Shown: positions 15,756 to 25,587 of the stretch, piece after piece
How the letters are laid out: each line of letters starts with the position of its first letter
How positions within the stretch are numbered: the first letter of the stretch is position 1
From: a virus
Taxonomy: Duplodnaviria > Caudoviricetes
Reading direction: 5' to 3' (one strand)
Length of the DNA stretch: 52,491 nucleotides
Virus record (IMG/VR): IMGVR_UViG_3300045107_000189
Span: 1 to 52,491 of that record
Program-made: the position numbers and the translations under genes
Notes under the pieces: model-generated
What the model was told of the DNA's origin: nothing
The model's database searches: none
What the model saw: the letters and a program-made list of their open reading frames with translations, nothing else

Positions 15756-16721
15756 GGTGACTCCTGTGGAGAGGGTGGAAAGGCGCGACGCCGCGCCAGG
15801 CGAAACACGGGTGATGAGTTCGTCGAGGACCTCGCGGCCCGAAGCGACGCGGTTCGCGAGTCCGAGCTCGACCGCCTCCTGCGCGAGGTACACGCGCGCC
15901 TCGGTGGCGCGTATCGCATCGGGGTCGAGGCCGCGGTTACGCGCGACCTTCGCGACGAACACGTCGTAGAGCGCGTCGACTTCGGCCTGCAGCTTCCTGC
16001 GGTCGGAGTCGGACAGCGGCTTGTAGGGTGTGCCGAGGACCTTGTCCTTGCCGGCGTGGATGTGCGTGATCGAGACGCCCATCTTCTCGGCGTACTTCGA
16101 GTAGTCCATGTGCGTGAGCACCACGCCGATGGACCCGACCTCGCCGGTCTGCGTGACGACGATCTCGTCGGCTGCCGAGGCGATCGCATAGGCGGCGCTG
16201 CACGCCGCGTCCGCCGCGAGCGCGACGATCGGCATCGTGCCGCGCATCGCGTAGAGCTCGTCGACGAAGTCGAAGCACCCCGCGACCTCGCCGCCGCCGG
16301 AGTGCACGTTCAGCAGCAGCGCGCGCACGTCGTCGCGCTCGCGGATCATGCGCAGCTGCTCGGTGAGGCCGTCGTAGCTGACCATCCCCGAGTACGAGCC
16401 GAGCCACCGCCCCTTGTGAACGAGGGTGCCGGAAACGTCCATCACGGCCACGCCCTGCGTGATCGTCATGTACGAGTCCCAGTCGCGGTCCGACCACGGG
16501 CCCGTGAACGCGCCCTTCTCCATCGGCCAGCCAGCCGCCGGCTCGTCGACCTCGACGTCGAGGCGCGGGCCGATCGCGTGCAGGATCGCCTGCAGCTTCT
16601 TCGGCTCGATCAGCAGCGGCGTGTTGAAGATCCGCTGCGCGACGTGGATGTAGTTCCGGCGGCCGGATGCGCGAGGCCCCGCGCTCGGCGGGGCCTCGTT
16701 CGTTTCGGTGTCACCGCTCAC
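15330..16721 (-). CDS. Prohead protease, S49 family (gpC-like)
   Basis: SGGGEVAG, ACSAAYAIAS, GSIGV and AGKDK motifs. Confidence 0.92.
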   Translation of the reverse strand: MSGDTETNEAPPSAGPRASGRRNYIHVAQRIFNTPLLIEPKKLQAILHAIGPRLDVEVDEPAAGWPMEKGAFTGPWSDRDWDSYMTITQGVAVMDVSGTLVHKGRWLGSYSGMVSYDGLTEQLRMIRERDDVRALLLNVHSGGGEVAGCFDFVDELYAMRGTMPIVALAADAACSAAYAIASAADEIVVTQTGEVGSIGVVLTHMDYSKYAEKMGVSITHIHAGKDKVLGTPYKPLSDSDRRKLQAEVDALYDVFVAKVARNRGLDPDAIRATEARVYLAQEAVELGLANRVASGREVLDELITRVSPGAASRLSTLSTGVTMTTSANKPNAAAAEQTSATAEQLSTARAEGRAEGKAEGLKEGAAAATARVKTILTSAEAEGRGELASHLAYDTEMAADAAIALLAKSPKASPAAAGSPLERAMAAAGTPGVRAEDPGVAAPGAQSASIDMAAIYARRSGAK

Positions 16722-18334
16722 TGCCCTTCTCCAGGTGGCGCGGCCGGCGTCCGCGGCGGATCGTCCTCTTCGTCGTCAGGAGCGGGCTGCGGCGTCGCCA
16801 TGCCGGGCGCGCCGATGGTCACGCCCAGTTCCTCTGCGCGACGCTTCTCCTCTGCGCGCTGCTCGAGCAGCTCCTCCCAGTCCTCGCCGCGCTCGGCCGC
16901 CTCCTTCTCGAGCGTCGTCAGGCCGAGGTCGTACTCGACCTTCGTCGCGTTCGCTTCCTTCAGCGGGTCGATGTGGCCGCGGCCCGGGCCGATCCACTGG
17001 CAGCGCGTCCATGCCGACTTCGCGGCGTAGAAGCTCGGTGCGCCAGGCGGCACCTCGACGACCCCGCGGTCGATCGCCTCCTCCAGCCACAGTGCGTAGA
17101 CCGCAGTCGCGAACCGGTTCGCAATGAACTTGCGGCGGCTGCTGAAGAACCGCCACGTCTCGAGCATCGCGGCGCGCGCGCTCGAGTAGTTCGTCTTTGA
17201 GTAGTCGCGCGAGAGCTGCTCATACGAGAGATTCAGGCCGCCGGCGATGTACCGGAGCGCGGCCTCCTCGAAGCTCGCGAACGCCGCGTTCGGGTGCTGC
17301 GGCGCGAGCAGCTTCAGCTGCTCGCCCGGGAACAGGTGAGGGATGCGCACGCCGTTGTAGCGTACGTTCCCTTCCTTGTGCCACGCGGCGCGGTTGCCCA
17401 TGTAGCCGAGCACCGGATCCGACGTAGACGTCGCGCCGATGGCGCTCCCGACCGACGTCCAGTCGAGCGAGGACTCGATCACGGCCGCGTACATCGCGTT
17501 CAGGATCGCGGCCTGCAGGTGAACCTGCTCGAACTTCTCGAGCATCTTCATGCGCGCCAGGACGGAGACGATCCCGTTCTTCCCGCGCGTCTGCCCCGCC
17601 TGCTCCTCCTCGTAGACGTGGAGCACCTGCGACCGGCCCCATGGCGTCTCACGCGCGATGCGCTTCCAGCGGCGCAGCGTCTGGAACTGCAGCGGATCTC
17701 CCTGCAGCCGCGACACGATCCAGTACGCGACCGGATCGCCGTACACCCCGAGCTCGACGCCGCCGCGCAGCTGGTCGGAGTCCGGCACGCCGTCCGGGTT
17801 GCACAGGCGCGCCGGGTCGACCATCTGGATCGCCGTGGCGTACCGGGCCCCCGGCCGCGGCAGCCACTCGGCGGTCGCGAGGATCTCGAAGCGCACCAGG
17901 TACGAGCGGTAGCCCTGCGCGAGCATCTCCGCGAAGTTCTTCCGGCGCGCCGCGTCGCAGAAGCGGTCCGGGTCGTACGCCCAGTGCCAGAACTTCGCCT
18001 CGACGTCGCGCTGCCACTCGCGCGCCCACTCGCGATCGAGTCCGAGCACGCGCCAGTCAGGCTTTGCCGACAGCCGCAGGCCTGCGCCGATGATGTTGTC
18101 GAGGTGCGTCTGCACCGCGCCCGACGTCAGCCCGTGGTTGCGGATCATGTCCGCGGTGCGCGCTCGGAGCGTGTCGAGCTCCGGCAGCAGCTCGCCGTCG
18201 GCGCTCTGCAGGTCCGGAGTCCACGAGCGGAGCTCCGGCGCGAACGTGTCCGCCGCGTAGTGGGCCTCCGCGCGCACGATCGGCCGGCCGTCCGCCCCGA
18301 GCAGCTGTGGCGGCCTCACGGCGGCGTTCACCAC
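16718..18334 (-). CDS. Portal protein, lambda family
   Basis: GQTRG, LSYEQLSRDYSKTNYSSAR and IDPLKEA motifs. Confidence 0.95.
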   Translation of the reverse strand: MVNAAVRPPQLLGADGRPIVRAEAHYAADTFAPELRSWTPDLQSADGELLPELDTLRARTADMIRNHGLTSGAVQTHLDNIIGAGLRLSAKPDWRVLGLDREWAREWQRDVEAKFWHWAYDPDRFCDAARRKNFAEMLAQGYRSYLVRFEILATAEWLPRPGARYATAIQMVDPARLCNPDGVPDSDQLRGGVELGVYGDPVAYWIVSRLQGDPLQFQTLRRWKRIARETPWGRSQVLHVYEEEQAGQTRGKNGIVSVLARMKMLEKFEQVHLQAAILNAMYAAVIESSLDWTSVGSAIGATSTSDPVLGYMGNRAAWHKEGNVRYNGVRIPHLFPGEQLKLLAPQHPNAAFASFEEAALRYIAGGLNLSYEQLSRDYSKTNYSSARAAMLETWRFFSSRRKFIANRFATAVYALWLEEAIDRGVVEVPPGAPSFYAAKSAWTRCQWIGPGRGHIDPLKEANATKVEYDLGLTTLEKEAAERGEDWEELLEQRAEEKRRAEELGVTIGAPGMATPQPAPDDEEDDPPRTPAAPPGEGQ

Positions 18335-18552
18335 GTCACCTCGAACGGACCGCGCCGCGCGACCGAGCCGTCGGACGCCGTCTGCGCGCGCAGGTTCTGG
18401 ATGTATCGCTCGAGGTCCTCCCGCTTCGCCGCGGTGAAGTCGACGCGGCGGCCGCTCGGATCCGTGATCGAGACGACCTGCTTGCCCGTCATCAGGGCGT
18501 GCAGGGCCGTCTGCGCCTCGGCCAAGCGCACGGAGATCTCGGTCGCGCTCAT
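18328..18552 (-). CDS. Head completion protein gpW-like
   Basis: ALHALMTGK.VVSI...VDFT...L..YI..L. Confidence 0.88.
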   Translation of the reverse strand: MSATEISVRLAEAQTALHALMTGKQVVSITDPSGRRVDFTAAKREDLERYIQNLRAQTASDGSVARRGPFEVTW

Positions 18553-18554
18553 GG

Positions 18555-20630
18555 TCACCTGTCGCTGTTGTTCAGCTGCGCCGCGAGGCGCGCGATGTCG
18601 TTCTCGGCCTCACGCTTCTGCTCCGGCTGCGCTGCCGGCGGCTCGCGCGTGAGCGGGTCCGTCGCCCACGGCGGCGGCTTCGTCCAGTCGATGCGCTGCG
18701 CGCCGAGGATCAGGCACGCCGCGCGGCCGTATACGTAGAGGTCGAAGGCCTCGTTGCGCGCGCTGTCCGTCTTCGTGTAGCCCTTCGCCGTGCGCGTCTC
18801 GGCGGTGAGCTCATCGAAGTACTTCCGGTCGACCCACAGCGGGAAGTGCGAGTACCCCGGCCCCGGCTCGTCGCGCGCGAGATCTCCGACGACCGCGTCC
18901 TTCAGCACCACCGTGTTCAGCTGCCACACGGGAACGTCGCCGCGGCCGCCGGCGCGCCGGTCCGCGCGCTGCTCCGGGTACGTCTCGCGGATGATCGGCG
19001 CGTTCGGCGTGGGATCGCCACGGACCAGGCGGATCCCAGGGGCGCGCCCTTCCCGCTTCATCTGCCGCCAGAAGTCGTACGCGTTCGTCGTGACGCCCGC
19101 CTTGCCGCCCGAGTCGCACACCGTGAAGTGCACGCCGAGCGTCTTCGTCGGGTCGTCCGCCAGCGGGTACCGCTTCGCCATCACCTCGTCGCGGATCAGC
19201 AGCCAGTCCTCGAGGTACGCGGCCGGCTCCAGGCCCGCGTTCCGATCGCCTTCCCGGCGGCGACTCGCCGTGATCTCCCACCGCTCGACCAGCCACCGCT
19301 CGAGACCGGTGCCCCAGCCGTGCGTCTCACACACGAACCGATTGCCCTGCACGTCCACGGCCGCGGTCAGGAAGCGCACGCCGGCCGGGACGTGCCCCTC
19401 CGGCCAGCTCTCGCGACGTTCCATGAACAGCTCCGCGTTGCGCCTCTTCGCGGCCGCCCGCGGCACGTACGGCGCCGCCTGGTCGGTGTTCACCGTGAAC
19501 AGCAGCGCTTCCTCTCCGCCGCTCTTCACGTACTCCTGCAGCGCCTGCAGGTACTTCAACAGCAGCGCGTCCCACGTCTGGAAGGCAGCGCCGATGCCGC
19601 CGAGCCAGTACGAGGCGATGTTCGTCTGCCGGCGCGTGCCGACGATCCGGCCGCTCTCGTCGAACGTCTCGCCCTCGTGCAGCCAGCGCCCGCCGCTCTT
19701 CAGCAGCCGCCGATCCGAGGTTTCGTGCACGCCGCCGCACACGCGGCAGACCATGCGCGCAAGCGTGCCCGCGAGGTCGACCAGGTCGGCCGTGAGCACC
19801 ATCTTCTCGAGCTCGTCGTCCGGCGGCATCGCGAATGCGCGGAGCCCCGGGGCGACGTGCATGTACGAGTTGCAGTGCTTGCACGGCCAGAAGTGCGCCG
19901 CGCGCGTACCGCGGTTGTACAGGGACACGATGCCGCCGCGCACCGGCGGCGCGTCGTGCGGCGATTCCGGCTTCCAGCGTGCGAGATCGCCGGTCAGCTC
20001 GACCGCCGGGGAGCTCTCCGCGAGCACCTTGCCGCGAGACATGTATGTCTCGGTTCGCTTTCCGGCGAGGTCAAAGAGCGGACCCTCGCCATCGACGTCG
20101 TCGCGATTCTTCGGCCGGTCGTAGTCTGTGATGACCACGTACTGGATCGTCTTGCCCGACAGCTGTGCCACCGACGGCCAGCCCAGCTTCAGCACTACGC
20201 CCGACCGGAAGAACTTGTCGAACGTATTGTCGTCGCGAGCCCGCGGCGAGATCTTCGACGCGATGTCCGGCGAGTTGCGGATCATCCGATCGAGGTCCAT
20301 CCGCGAGAAGTCTCGCGCGACGTCCTGCGTCATCTGGATCAGCAGCATGTCGCCCGGTGCGCTCGTCACGTCGTAGCAGACGGTGCCGAGCACGAGCGTC
20401 ATCGTCTTTCCGGACCGCGCCGGACCCACGAACACGACGCCGCGGTACTCGCGGCTCGCCATCATGTTGAGCGGCTCGATCAGTTCCGGCGTGAGCTCCG
20501 GCGTCCACGGACCCTTCTCGGTCCGCATGTACCGCTCGCAGGCCTCCGCCGGCGTGATGCGGCGGGACGGCAGCAGCACCTCCGCGGTCGCGGCCGCGCC
20601 GGACCGCGCCGAGAAGAATGGCGCCTCCAC
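18555..20630 (-). CDS. Terminase large subunit (gpA family)
   Basis: GPARSGKT Walker A, ESSP, CxxC zinc motifs, LTAAVDVQ, RNEAFDL. Confidence 0.95.
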   Translation of the reverse strand: MEAPFFSARSGAAATAEVLLPSRRITPAEACERYMRTEKGPWTPELTPELIEPLNMMASREYRGVVFVGPARSGKTMTLVLGTVCYDVTSAPGDMLLIQMTQDVARDFSRMDLDRMIRNSPDIASKISPRARDDNTFDKFFRSGVVLKLGWPSVAQLSGKTIQYVVITDYDRPKNRDDVDGEGPLFDLAGKRTETYMSRGKVLAESSPAVELTGDLARWKPESPHDAPPVRGGIVSLYNRGTRAAHFWPCKHCNSYMHVAPGLRAFAMPPDDELEKMVLTADLVDLAGTLARMVCRVCGGVHETSDRRLLKSGGRWLHEGETFDESGRIVGTRRQTNIASYWLGGIGAAFQTWDALLLKYLQALQEYVKSGGEEALLFTVNTDQAAPYVPRAAAKRRNAELFMERRESWPEGHVPAGVRFLTAAVDVQGNRFVCETHGWGTGLERWLVERWEITASRRREGDRNAGLEPAAYLEDWLLIRDEVMAKRYPLADDPTKTLGVHFTVCDSGGKAGVTTNAYDFWRQMKREGRAPGIRLVRGDPTPNAPIIRETYPEQRADRRAGGRGDVPVWQLNTVVLKDAVVGDLARDEPGPGYSHFPLWVDRKYFDELTAETRTAKGYTKTDSARNEAFDLYVYGRAACLILGAQRIDWTKPPPWATDPLTREPPAAQPEQKREAENDIARLAAQLNNSDR

Positions 20631-20633
20631 GCG

Positions 20634-21320
20634 TCAGTCCTCGTCGTCGTCGTCGTCCGGCGCCTCGAGCGGCAGCTGAGCCTCCGCGGCGGCCTCGGCC
20701 GCGGCCGTCGCCGTGCAGTACTCGAGCAGCGCGGCGTGCGCGGCCTCGCGCCAGGCATCGAGCTCGCGCTCGACGTACGCGACCACAGAGCCCGGCACCG
20801 CGAGGTCGCGCTCGATCTTGTCCGGCAGCGTGTCGAGCCGCTGCGCGAGCAGCTTGAAGAAGTCGGCGTACACCGACTCCAGCTCGATGCGCGGGCAGAG
20901 CTCGCCGCGCTCCGTCTGCACGCGCAGCTTGTCCATCTCCGCGCGGTAGTGCGCCTGCCGCTCGAACGGCGACATCGAGTCCGGGTCGCGGGTGCCGCTC
21001 GCGCCGCGCGCCATCGCCTCAAGGACGTCCTTGAGGCGGTAGACCGCGTACCCGTTGCGCTGCCCGCTCGGCACCAGGCTCGCCTCGGCGATCTTCTTCG
21101 CGATCGTGTCGCGGTCCTTCCCGAGCTCACCGGCGAGTTGCGTGATCGAGAGGTGCACGCCGGCCGGAAGCGCGTCCGCGGGCGCGGCGCGCTCCGTCAC
21201 CAGGCGCTTTCCGGGCGCCGCTGAGGCCTTCGCGGGCTTCCTTGGTGCGGGCTTCGCCCCTTTCCGCGCGGGCTTCCGAGCGGCCTGCTGCGAGCGCCTA
21301 CCGCCGGTCAGCTTGCCCAT
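20634..21320 (-). CDS. Terminase small subunit (Nu1/DUF1441-like)
   Basis: wHTH followed by DPDSMSPFERQAHY and LDTLPDKIERD. Confidence 0.85.
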   Translation of the reverse strand: MGKLTGGRRSQQAARKPARKGAKPAPRKPAKASAAPGKRLVTERAAPADALPAGVHLSITQLAGELGKDRDTIAKKIAEASLVPSGQRNGYAVYRLKDVLEAMARGASGTRDPDSMSPFERQAHYRAEMDKLRVQTERGELCPRIELESVYADFFKLLAQRLDTLPDKIERDLAVPGSVVAYVERELDAWREAAHAALLEYCTATAAAEAAAEAQLPLEAPDDDDDED

Positions 21321-21339
21321 CGCGGCCGAGGGGGTAATC

Positions 21340-21410
21340 GCCCGGAAAAGTGTCGAACACCGCCGCTCCAACTACCGAGGTGAAAGTCGTTGATTTAGAA
21401 GGACCCGCTA
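21340..21410 (-). other. Candidate cos region
   Basis: Lambda cosQ heptamer GGGTCCT (21400-21406) just upstream of terS, with a near-consensus IHF site AATCAACGACTTT beside it. Confidence 0.55.
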
Positions 21411-21420
21411 GCGTTGGGTC

Positions 21421-22254
21421 TCACTTGGTCTCGCGCCACACCGGCGCAGCGCCGTCCTGCTTGCTCGAGTTGCACGACCGACACGCGACGACCACGTTCG
21501 ACGCGACGTGCAGACCGCCCATCGACAGCGCGACTACGTGGTCGAGCGTGGCTATGCGGTCTCTGGCAAAGGGCCGCAGGCAGTAGTGGCACCGATCAGC
21601 GGAGTCGCGAATCAGTCGCTCGTCTTCAGGCCACAGCACGCCTGGAACACGCGCCGCGCGCTGAGCGGCGATCACGGCTCTTCGTTCGCGCTTCTTTGCC
21701 CCCAGCCGCGCACGTTCGCGTTGTGCGAACACGTCGTCGTGCGAGTACCGAAGAATGTGGCGCTCTGGCTTCCTGAGCCCGGGCGCCAACCAGGGTTCTC
21801 GACCACTCGCCTCGTGATACGCCGCGCGCCATCCGATGGGCGCCTTCACTCGAATCCAGTAGCGCCACGCCTGAAGAGCATTGGCTTCTGCCAGGCGATC
21901 CCAGTGAGCATCGGGCGCGATCCCGCGCACCCATCCCCAGCGGGGCAGCTTCTTGGGCTTTCCCTCCCGAGTGAGCCCTGCGGCTCGGTACCGCGCGACT
22001 GTGTTGCGCTTCCAGTGCCGGCGAATCGACCGACCATTCGGATCGGCCCTCAGCCGTTCCCGCTGATCGCTCGCGTACTTGAGAGCCTTCTCACGCGTGG
22101 CTGCGTCGGTCGCGTACTTCTCGCGACGCCGTGCGCGGTAGCACTCGCGGCACTGTCTCTTGCCGGGCCGGAACAGCTCGGCCGCCTTGCTCTCGCCGCA
22201 CTGAGTGCACGTCTTCGTCGAGACGGCAGTAGACTGCTCGCCAGCCATGATCAC
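21421..22254 (-). CDS. HNH endonuclease with N-terminal zinc finger
   Basis: CHYC...TLDHVVALSMGGLH...NVVVACRSCNSSK; upstream of the terminase. Confidence 0.88.
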   Translation of the reverse strand: MIMAGEQSTAVSTKTCTQCGESKAAELFRPGKRQCRECYRARRREKYATDAATREKALKYASDQRERLRADPNGRSIRRHWKRNTVARYRAAGLTREGKPKKLPRWGWVRGIAPDAHWDRLAEANALQAWRYWIRVKAPIGWRAAYHEASGREPWLAPGLRKPERHILRYSHDDVFAQRERARLGAKKRERRAVIAAQRAARVPGVLWPEDERLIRDSADRCHYCLRPFARDRIATLDHVVALSMGGLHVASNVVVACRSCNSSKQDGAAPVWRETK

Positions 22255-22325
22255 CTCTGCTTCAGGTGGTTGCGGTCAGGCGACCGGCTGCTGCGTCAAC
22301 AGCGCCGGTCGCCGCTCTTCGAACT

Positions 22326-23144
22326 CTACGCGGCCCTCGGCAGCGGCCGGTTGAGGTAGCCCATCGCGTCGCGCTTCGCCCAGCGCCAGTTGATCGGGAA
22401 CTCGCGATCGCGGATCTCAGCGCCTACCTCGTGGAACCGGAAGCGCTGGCGGTAGTGCGGGCGGCGCACGAACGCGATCACGCACCGAGGCGTCGACCAT
22501 CCCCACGCCGTGCGCACGCTCTCCCAGATGCCAGGGCGGAAGTTCTGTCCGGAGCGCCAGACGGCGAAGTAGAGCTTCCCCATCTTCGCGCGCGTGCCCT
22601 TGCGCAACTTCTTCCGCCCTTTCGTGCCCGAGTTGCCGATCGTCTGCTCGGACTTCCAGGTGTCGAAGTACGAGAGGATCTGGATCAGCTGGCCACGATT
22701 CATGTTCCCGTAGGCATCCAGCTGCATCGCTTCACCTGGCACGGCGTACAGGTGCTTCGGCATGATGCCGCGCTTCTGCAGCATGATCTCGAAGCCCTTC
22801 AGCTGACGCGCACCACCGTAGATCTGCGGCGCGAGGAACTTGATCGCAGGTAGCTTCCAGCGGCCCTTCATGCCGACGAAGACGTCGTCCTTGATGCCGA
22901 CCTCGCCGACGATCTGGCGACCCGGCTCACGGTACGTCGTGCGGCTCGGGTACTTGCCGTACAGCGAGTCGAGCGTCATGCGCGTCGGGCGATCGAAGAC
23001 GCGGACCATCTCCTTCTTCAGCCCGGATCGCATGTCGTCGACGGTCGCCTTCACGGCGGTCCACGCAGCGAAGCGCCCTTCCCGCTCGATCAGATCGATC
23101 TTGCGCACCGCCGCGCTGACATCGACGCGGATGGTCGCGACCAT
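22326..23144 (-). CDS. Tail completion / neck protein (gpZ-like)
   Basis: VFDRPT..T, LAPQIYGG.R.LK.FE and LDAYGN motifs; basic. Confidence 0.7.
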   Translation of the reverse strand: MVATIRVDVSAAVRKIDLIEREGRFAAWTAVKATVDDMRSGLKKEMVRVFDRPTRMTLDSLYGKYPSRTTYREPGRQIVGEVGIKDDVFVGMKGRWKLPAIKFLAPQIYGGARQLKGFEIMLQKRGIMPKHLYAVPGEAMQLDAYGNMNRGQLIQILSYFDTWKSEQTIGNSGTKGRKKLRKGTRAKMGKLYFAVWRSGQNFRPGIWESVRTAWGWSTPRCVIAFVRRPHYRQRFRFHEVGAEIRDREFPINWRWAKRDAMGYLNRPLPRAA

Positions 23145-23632
23145 CAGTCTATCACCGGGATCACGAGCTCGCCTTCCTTCTTCAGCCCGTTCGCCAGCGT
23201 CACTCGATTGCGCAGCGAGTAGCGCGTGCCTGGGGCGCCCCCGGCGACCGTGACGACCGCCAGCTGCGAGTTCAGGCTGGGGTTCGTGAGCGTCAGCCCC
23301 TCGTCCGCCTCCCACACCGAGTCCTGAACTGTGGTCTTCAGGCTCGCATTCGACACCGCGCGGCAGGTCCAGACGACGCTGCCATCGGCGACGGAGTTTC
23401 CGATCGTGCGGGGCCACACGCGCGGCTCGCGCGCGCTCGACTGGCCAGCGACCGCGCACTCGTACTCGAAGCCGTTCGGCTCGGTCGGCCGGATTCGCGC
23501 GCCGAGCGCATATGCCTGGTCGGGCTCCCACAGCCGCGCGAGCCAACGCGCCCAGTCGATCCCGTAGTCGAGCACGTCCCACGAGCGCTTCGTGGGCATC
23601 ACCTCGTACGGCCGGCCGATGTCGTCGCTCAC
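23144..23632 (-). CDS. Putative fibre-attachment adaptor
   Basis: K...DVLDYGIDW..WL and GG.PG..Y.L.NRVT..NG motifs with an inserted WP...DGSVVW module. Confidence 0.65.
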   Translation of the reverse strand: MSDDIGRPYEVMPTKRSWDVLDYGIDWARWLARLWEPDQAYALGARIRPTEPNGFEYECAVAGQSSAREPRVWPRTIGNSVADGSVVWTCRAVSNASLKTTVQDSVWEADEGLTLTNPSLNSQLAVVTVAGGAPGTRYSLRNRVTLANGLKKEGELVIPVID

Positions 23633-25581
23633 AGGCGCCTCGCGGTTCTGTTGCTGCTCGCGGCGATCGCCACGCGAGCTTCTCCGCCAGCGCGGAACAC
23701 GCGGCGCTCGGAACGCCACTCGACCACGAAGCGCGGCCTCGGCACCGTGCGGTCCGGGGGAATCAGCGTTGCCGGGCGCGCCGCCCAGGAGTACGCGGCC
23801 GCACCCGCGGAGATCCGTCGGCCCGCGCGAAGGCTGCGAGCCTGAGGCGCGTGCGCGTACGCGGCCGGGTCTATCCGCAGCGCGCGGCGCGCCCGCAGCT
23901 CCGCTCCAGCAGCGGTATGTGCGTATCCGACCCCGTCGGCCGCGAGCCTGCGGTTCGAACGCAGCACGGCGGGCGCCGGCGTGTGCCCATAGGGAGCGCC
24001 TTCGACGGCCAGGCGACGCTCGCCGCGCAGAGCGGCGGCGGACGCCTGATGCACATACGCCGCGACCTCGGCGACGACGGACCACGCGCCGCCCGGGGTC
24101 AGGCCTACGTCCTTCGCGTCGAACGCGTAGAGCACTGGGTCGAGGACCGCGCGCCGCGCGGCGCGCAGCGTCGCGGGCGCCGGCGCGTGCAGGTAGGCCG
24201 CCGGCGCGGCGATGATCGCGAACAGGCGACTCGCCGGTGCGACGGCCCACGAGTACGCCGGCGCTTCACACGTCAGCGAGTACGCGCCCGCCGTCGCCCC
24301 GGCGCCGCCGCCATGCCACCGCGCGAGCAGCGATCGGAACCCGAGAGCGGTGCCGCTGTAGCTGAGCGTCACCGCTGCGGGCGAGAACGCGTACGCAGCC
24401 GCGGCTGCGGTGAGCCGGCGGGCCGCCCGAAGCGTCGCCGGCGCTGGCGTGTGCGCGTACGACGGCGCTTCGGCGGTGACGGCGAACGAACGCGTCGCCG
24501 GCGCGACCGCCCACGCGTACGCGGCGGGCTCACAGCTCAGCGAGTACGCAGTCGGCGCCGCGCCGGCTCCACCGGCGTGCCACCGCGCGAGCAGCGACCG
24601 GAAGCCAAGAGCGGTGCCGCTGTAGTACAGCGTCGCCGCTGCAGGCGAGAACGCGTACGCGGCCGCTGCCGCCGTGAGCCGGCGGCCGGCCCGCAGGGTG
24701 GTCGCCGCCGGACCGTGCGCGTAGCTCGCGCCTTCCGCGGTGATCGCGAGGCTGCGCGTCGCGGGCGCGACCGTGAACGCGTAGGCCGCGGCCTCGGCGG
24801 CCAGGGAGAACGCCGCGCCGGCTGCCCCGGCACCGCCACCGTGCCAGCGTCCAAGGAGCGACCGGAAGCCGGCCACCGTGGCAGGCGTGTACGTGAGCGT
24901 CGCGTCCGAGACCGAGTACGCGTAGGCCGCCGCATCGGCTGCCAGGCGGCGCGACGCTCTGAGGGTCGCGTCAGCAGCACCATGCGCGAAGGCGGCCGAG
25001 CCGATGTCCAGCCGCCGTCCGGCACGCAGCGCCGCCGCCGAGGGCGTGTGGGTGTACGCGGGAGGATCAGCCGCGAGCCGCCGACCCGCGCGGAGCGTCG
25101 CCGCGCCGGGCGCGAACGCGTATGCCGCCGCGCCGGCTGGCATCGTCAGGGCACGCGAGCTCGGCGCCGGCGTGAACACGTAGGCGACCGTGTCGCACGA
25201 CAGCGTGAACGCCGCGGCCGTCGTGCCCGCACCGCCACCATGCCACCGTGCCAGCAGCGACCGGAAGCCGATCGGAGTCGCCGTGTACGTGAGCGTCGCT
25301 GCCTGGGGAGTCCAGGAGTAGGCGGGGGCATCAGCCGCCAGCCGGCGGACGGCGAGGAGCGAAGCAGCCGCCGGCGAGTGCGCGTAGCTGGGTGCCTGCG
25401 CCACGACGCGTCGCCCGGCACGCAACTGCGCCGCGGTGGCGGTCAGCGTATAGGACGCAGCCTCCGCGCTGATCGAGTAGGCCGCCGATGCCGATCCTGA
25501 ACCGCCGCCATGCCACCGCGCCAGAAGCGATCGGAAGCCGGCGACCGCAGCCGGGCTGCGAAGCAGCAGCAGCAGCGACAT
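23629..25581 (-). CDS. Ala-rich 22-aa-repeat scaffold protein (650 aa)
   Basis: Many RRLxAxxxAYxxxPxxATLRAG repeats and five GFRSLLxRWHxGG motifs. Confidence 0.85.
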   Translation of the reverse strand: MSLLLLLRSPAAVAGFRSLLARWHGGGSGSASAAYSISAEAASYTLTATAAQLRAGRRVVAQAPSYAHSPAAASLLAVRRLAADAPAYSWTPQAATLTYTATPIGFRSLLARWHGGGAGTTAAAFTLSCDTVAYVFTPAPSSRALTMPAGAAAYAFAPGAATLRAGRRLAADPPAYTHTPSAAALRAGRRLDIGSAAFAHGAADATLRASRRLAADAAAYAYSVSDATLTYTPATVAGFRSLLGRWHGGGAGAAGAAFSLAAEAAAYAFTVAPATRSLAITAEGASYAHGPAATTLRAGRRLTAAAAAYAFSPAAATLYYSGTALGFRSLLARWHAGGAGAAPTAYSLSCEPAAYAWAVAPATRSFAVTAEAPSYAHTPAPATLRAARRLTAAAAAYAFSPAAVTLSYSGTALGFRSLLARWHGGGAGATAGAYSLTCEAPAYSWAVAPASRLFAIIAAPAAYLHAPAPATLRAARRAVLDPVLYAFDAKDVGLTPGGAWSVVAEVAAYVHQASAAALRGERRLAVEGAPYGHTPAPAVLRSNRRLAADGVGYAHTAAGAELRARRALRIDPAAYAHAPQARSLRAGRRISAGAAAYSWAARPATLIPPDRTVPRPRFVVEWRSERRVFRAGGEARVAIAASSNRTARRL

Positions 25582-25587
25582 GTGGAA

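Noticed and set aside
23629-25581. Diversity-generating retroelement or shufflon
   Set aside because: No reverse transcriptase or invertase; repeats are in-frame coding repeats without evident adenine-specific variation
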